This document shows positions 59,099 to 64,000 of a DNA stretch of 64,000 nucleotides, piece by piece. The notes beneath the pieces were generated by a model that ran no database searches, was not told the DNA's origin, and saw only the letters and a list, made by a program, of their open reading frames with translations. The number at the start of each line of letters is the position of its first letter. Within the stretch, counting starts at the first letter, position 1. The position numbers and the translations under genes were made by a program. The DNA comes from the human T2T-CHM13v2.0 reference genome, Homo sapiens, in the NCBI RefSeq assembly GCF_009914755.1, contig NC_060928.1, one strand, 5' to 3'.

Positions 59099-59403
59099 TT
59101 TTTTTTTAATCTTTTTCTTTTTTTGAGACAGTCTCACTCTGTCGCCCAGGCTGGAGTGCAGTGATGTGATCTCGGCTTACCGCAAGCTCTGCCTCCATGG
59201 TTCACACCACTCTCCTGCCTCAGCCTCCCAAGTAGCTGGGACTACAGGTGCCCACCACCACGCCTGGCTAATTTTTTGTATTTTTTAGTAGAGACGGGGT
59301 TTCTTCGTGTTAGCCAGTATGGTCTAGATCTCCTGACCTCGTGATCCGCCCACCTCAGCCTTCCAAAGGCTGGGATTACAGGCATGAGCCACCGCACTTG
59401 GCC
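59099..59403 (-). mobile_element. AluY
   Basis: gcaagctctgcc...gttcacacca; TSD agttt(a/g)ttctt. Confidence 0.94.
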
Positions 59404-60979
59404 AGTTTGTTCTTATAAAGATACCAAACTCAGTCGTCTACACAGTGTAGGAAACATAGTGGTCATTGAGAAGTCAGCTCCCTGCAGGTGTAAGCACCCT
59501 TTCTTACCGTGGCTCCTCTTTCAGCACAAGGCACCTAACACAATACTTTGCAAGCAATATAGACTCTTGTATGACTAATGTTAGAAATTATTTTATATTT
59601 TAAGTTAAAACGAAACTGCTTATCATTCTGACCCTCAGGTTCTTGCTTTACTTGCTGAACCCTCAGAAGATAGTTCTAATCCCTATTCTTCCAGATGACT
59701 GTGCTTCAACCATTTGAAGGCAGTGGTCCTTTATCTTCATGTAAAATCCACTCATACAGATAAGGCATCCCTATTTCCTTTCATCACTCCCTATAAGGGA
59801 ATTTTCCAAATTGTCACTGTCTCCATCCAGAGAACAGCTCATTGAACAAGTAGGACTCTCAGTAATAGAACTGCCATGTATTTTAAACCTATGAATTTAT
59901 TAATAAAACCTACAATAGCATTTTCTTTTCAAAGATCTTCATTACAGTAATTTATTTTAAGCCCCAAATTAAATATCTCTAGTTATTTGTCGCAAGCCCC
60001 ACTCTTAGACTGCTTTTTCCGTCTGTGACTTTTTTGTGGCCTAAATTTAGAGCTGTATGTTCCTCCATGCGTTTCTCTCTAATTTCATCTATTTTGTTTT
60101 AGTCTGTCATTTCAAGCTGTTTGTTTAGTGATGGCAAATCTGCAATTTACTTCCTACAACGTTTTAAAGTAAAAATTGCAAACCTTCCTGTGAATTAGCA
60201 GTAGGAGATCATTATCCTTGATTTCTTTGGCCCTTTATAGAGATTAGTGCACTGTTGGTAACAGCAAGTGTCAGGAAACATGAAAAAATATGATTTAATT
60301 ATTGAAACTGTTTGGATAAAAATGAAAAGTTCCCTGTACAATGTCATAATTGAATCCATTGATGTCCATAATTGTAATAAGAATTTTTGAGTTTTGAAGT
60401 CTTTTTCAGTTTTATGAGATTTTAGAAGAATTATTATTTCTCATTATTTTTATGAGTCTTGCTGGTCTGATGCCAAAAATTGAATTGTGTACTGTAGAAT
60501 CATGGATGGCTCTGCTGGATTCTGACTCATGCCCTAAATTAAGAAATGGCTCTGAATGTTGTCTCAAGGGTAAGTTTTGCTTCTGCATTTGAGCTACAAA
60601 TTAAGAGACAGATTTTGAAAAAGATGCTGGGCCTTGAAGAACATTTTCAAGGACAGAAGGGTAAAAAGACAAGCTGTTGTTGGTAGATCAAAAATGAGAT
60701 GTAAATGCTAGACTACAAAAAATTTGTCTTTCACAGAGAAAACAACTACAAACAAAGAAAGCCACTAAACAACCTTTCGGATTCAGCCAGACTCCAGAAA
60801 AACGTTGCACATTTTGGTTGTTTGTTTTTATTCCATATCTCACTTTCAGCATTAAATATATATATATATTTTATTGACCTGATTTTAGTCTTGCTAATTA
60901 AAGCATCTTACAAAATATCTTGATTTAGGTTCCTCAGCTTTTGTCTGATATTTCAAAAGCTATTGTGTGAGAGCAGAGG

Positions 60980-61190
60980 TTTTACACAGTGTTACTGGAC
61001 TCAAGCATTTGTGTTTAAATCTTTTCTTCAAAGCCCGCCAATTGAGACTCTGAGCAGGTTAAGCTCATCCCTGAACTTCAGTTTTCTCTATGTAAGATGG
61101 GGTTTTCTGTAGGTATAAATGAAAATAATACATACGAAGCACACAACAAAGTGTCTCTTACATAGCAAGTATTAGCAAATTGCATCCTTC
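60980..61190. mobile_element. MIR fragment
   Basis: Core ctgaacttcagttttctc..tgtaagatgggg. Similar MIR remnants lie near 31130-31360, 32000-32180, 36940-37130, 38930-39110 and 63600-63850. Confidence 0.55.
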
Positions 61191-64000
61191 CTTTTTAGAT
61201 TTAAGCATTCCCCAACACTGTTCTGATATTTTACCTCACTGCAGATGAATACAAGAGATTAGTTTTAAAAGACTTGTTGAAAACAGTTAGCAGTGTTACT
61301 GTAATACCAGTGAAGACTCAGTCTAGGACCCAGTTGTATTCCACCCAATTTTTATTAGTTGCTTGGTTTGCTGTTATTGTTGTTTGTTTGTTTGCTTTTG
61401 TTTCTTAGTGACATGAAGAAAATTAATTTGACCCCTATAAAAGTTAGGAAAATTTTTTATCTGATCCAGAGGTTCATTAATATTGAAATGAATTAGATAC
61501 TATTTTAAAATAATTGATAAAAGAAAAAGGTCTTCTCTCTGCAGGGAGGAAAACAATAGAATCAGTGAAAGGGAGCCGTAAAGTGCTGTGCCTAGTGAAT
61601 ATCGGTATGAGCCAACCACAGATAGGAATCTCTTTGGGTAATAGAAATGACTGACTTCCTGACATCATTTAGTAGAATGAGGAGGAAGAGCTGCCTTCTA
61701 GGGTTTTAGACCAGAAGTGCTATTGATTGCCTTCAGAATGACACTTCTAAGAAATGGGTAAGAGTAAGCTAAAAGTTACATCTTTCTGAGTCTTAATCCA
61801 ATCAGACTGTAATTGGTGATAGAAGCTTTTCAATTGTGACTACATGAGTTCTAGGATTAATTTTCAAGAAACTGCTCTCCTTCTAATGGTTTTCATCATC
61901 ATAAATGCTTTCTTCTTCCCTAGATTTTCTCTGCATATCCTAGAAATAGGAACAGGCAGCAGTATGTGGGCTCTGACCTCAAACCACACAGGCTCGTTCA
62001 CTCCAGCTTCCCAGAAGAAAGTACCTGTCTTTGACAAAGAAGTCAGTGAAGGTCACTTTAGAACCCCAAACTTTTCTGTTCTGTAACGACGTGACTCATG
62101 CAAGACACAGAAGGACTGCACTAGATTACCATGGATGTGCTCTTAATCATTGCTGAGGTTCTCCATGGAAGAGAAATGATGTCAGTCACCTGCTAGGGAG
62201 ATTTGAGTCCTTTCTGGGTCCTTTCCCTTCTTCATCATGGTCCTCACCGTGATCTTGCTAAAGTCATCCTTTCTCAACAGAAACCTCTCAGGGGCCAATT
62301 TAATAAATTCATTCTCAATTACCAGTAAAACTCTGGGGTGGAAGATGCATTTATACATCATCAAGTTATTATTAAATTTAAATCATTGAGTGACATGAAC
62401 AGGCTGAGAATATTTTTCAAGACTAATGGATCTCCCTGTCACCAGAGACACTCCTGAAAAGGCAGCTCTCCTGAAGTGTTAGGGTCCATCCTATAAATTT
62501 ACATAAATAGAGGTTGTTTCCTTTGGTCTTTAAAAGACTCCTGTGCTACATCAATTATATAACCCATTAGGGAATTAAATAGTACCCTGTTGGGGAATGA
62601 GTCTACTCTGCTCTCTAGCATTTTAGTGTACTGATTTATTTATCATTTTAACCCAAATAAATAGTACTCCTTAACTTTTCTGAGTCATGGGCTCTTTTTT
62701 TACTAGAATCTCATGGAAATTACAGTGTTTTTTTCTTCAGAAAAATGCACATACATAATTTTGCAATGAAGTTCACATTGTCAATGGACTCTCTCAAGTA
62801 TATCCATGAGCTTCAAAAGAAACACAGCCTCAGCTATTTCAAAGGCATGAAAAACTTGTGTCTAGGACAAGTAGTTCTGACAATTTTTTTCTCATAGGAA
62901 ATGAAGGGCTGATGTTCACCCAGAGAGTGGTGCTGGCTGTTCACTGTCAACACCATTTTAACTGTAGGGCATCCATTCTGATAGTTCTGTGCCTGTGCCT
63001 TTCTATTTTTAGGTGTGTTTAATTTTGTCTTTGCATACAGGAAACATGGATGAACATGGCCAGGGAGAGAGTAAAAGGATGAAAGAACAAGGTGCCTACC
63101 ATGGAGGATGCAAAAGAAATTTTTCCCCGAGAACTGTAGTCCCAGGTTAGGCATGCTCCAGCAAAACTTTTTCTCAGAGTTATCCCACTTCTCCTATATG
63201 CCAGGAATCTCCTTAGGCCTGAAGCATGCAGAAAGGTGCATAATTAGTCTTTGTTCAATAGGTCATCTTCTGGAGGTGATGGGGCTTTACTTTAGGTCCA
63301 TAGACCCTGTTTACTAAAACCAACTTGTCACACTTCACACATTTGGGTATCCTTTATTTCTAACTGGAATTGTACTTGACTAGCATTTTTGGAATAATTC
63401 TGTTGGCAGTAGTTCTTCTGAGTGAGTACTACAACAAAGTTGTATAAGTCTAACCATTTTAGAATCTACTCTAACCAGAGTGTCAACTCCAACAAGAAAA
63501 CCCCTAAAAGGAAAGAAAGAGCTGCCAACTATTTGATGGTTTGACAAAGTGTGGCTGTTTTTCTGGGCTGTGATTTATTTAAATTTTGCAAGCCCTTATC
63601 ATCTTGCAGGTTTTAGGCACTTTGGTGGTGATTCAGATAAGGTTAAATGAGTTGCTTCCAAAACACAAGACTGTCGGGTGGAAATACGGAAAGACTTAGT
63701 GCCAGGTTTTCTGATCTTTGAACCAATGCGCTGCCTCAGAGTTATGGGATTCAGGAGGAATTATTTGACCTCTTTGACCGGGTTTCCTCATGGGAAACAT
63801 TTTGTTGATGGTGATTTGCTTGCCTCATACAAGGAATCATGGAAAAAACAATGTTAAAAACTTTGAAAGTTCTGTTTCATTCTACACAATGACGCTAATT
63901 TCTCTTAAATTAACTTGAACTGTTTTTTTCTCCATCTGCACAAGTAATTAGCACAGGATAGCTAGATTGAATGTCCAGCTCTCACATTAGGTAGAGATGT

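Overview
Primate (most likely human) nuclear, gene-poor, AT-rich DNA. I can support no intact protein-coding gene. The dominant feature is one colinear ~14.86-kb nuclear insertion of mitochondrial DNA (NUMT, 2421-17276, minus orientation). It runs from just inside the 12S rRNA 5' end through 16S, ND1-ND6, COX1-3, ATP8/6 and 19 tRNA genes to about three-quarters of CYTB; D-loop, tRNA-Phe, tRNA-Thr and tRNA-Pro are absent. The protein genes are decayed, yet they preserve ancestral residues (COX2 DYEEL, CYTB N-terminus, 3-bp COX2/tRNA-Lys spacer) of an extinct early primate mitogenome. The NUMT splits an L1MB-type fragment, which itself sits inside a Charlie1 hAT transposon. It carries an ATG-initiated 40-codon MOTS-c-like ORF and an ATT-initiated 24-codon humanin-like ORF. 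The remaining ~47 kb is a mosaic of Alu, L1, L2, MIR and LTR elements. It includes a young 3'-truncated AluYd-lineage copy, a twin-primed L1PA, a perfect 63-bp tandem duplication and tetranucleotide STRs. Repeat subfamily names come from recalled consensus motifs, not a database search. I found no evidence of a new biological system beyond these elements.
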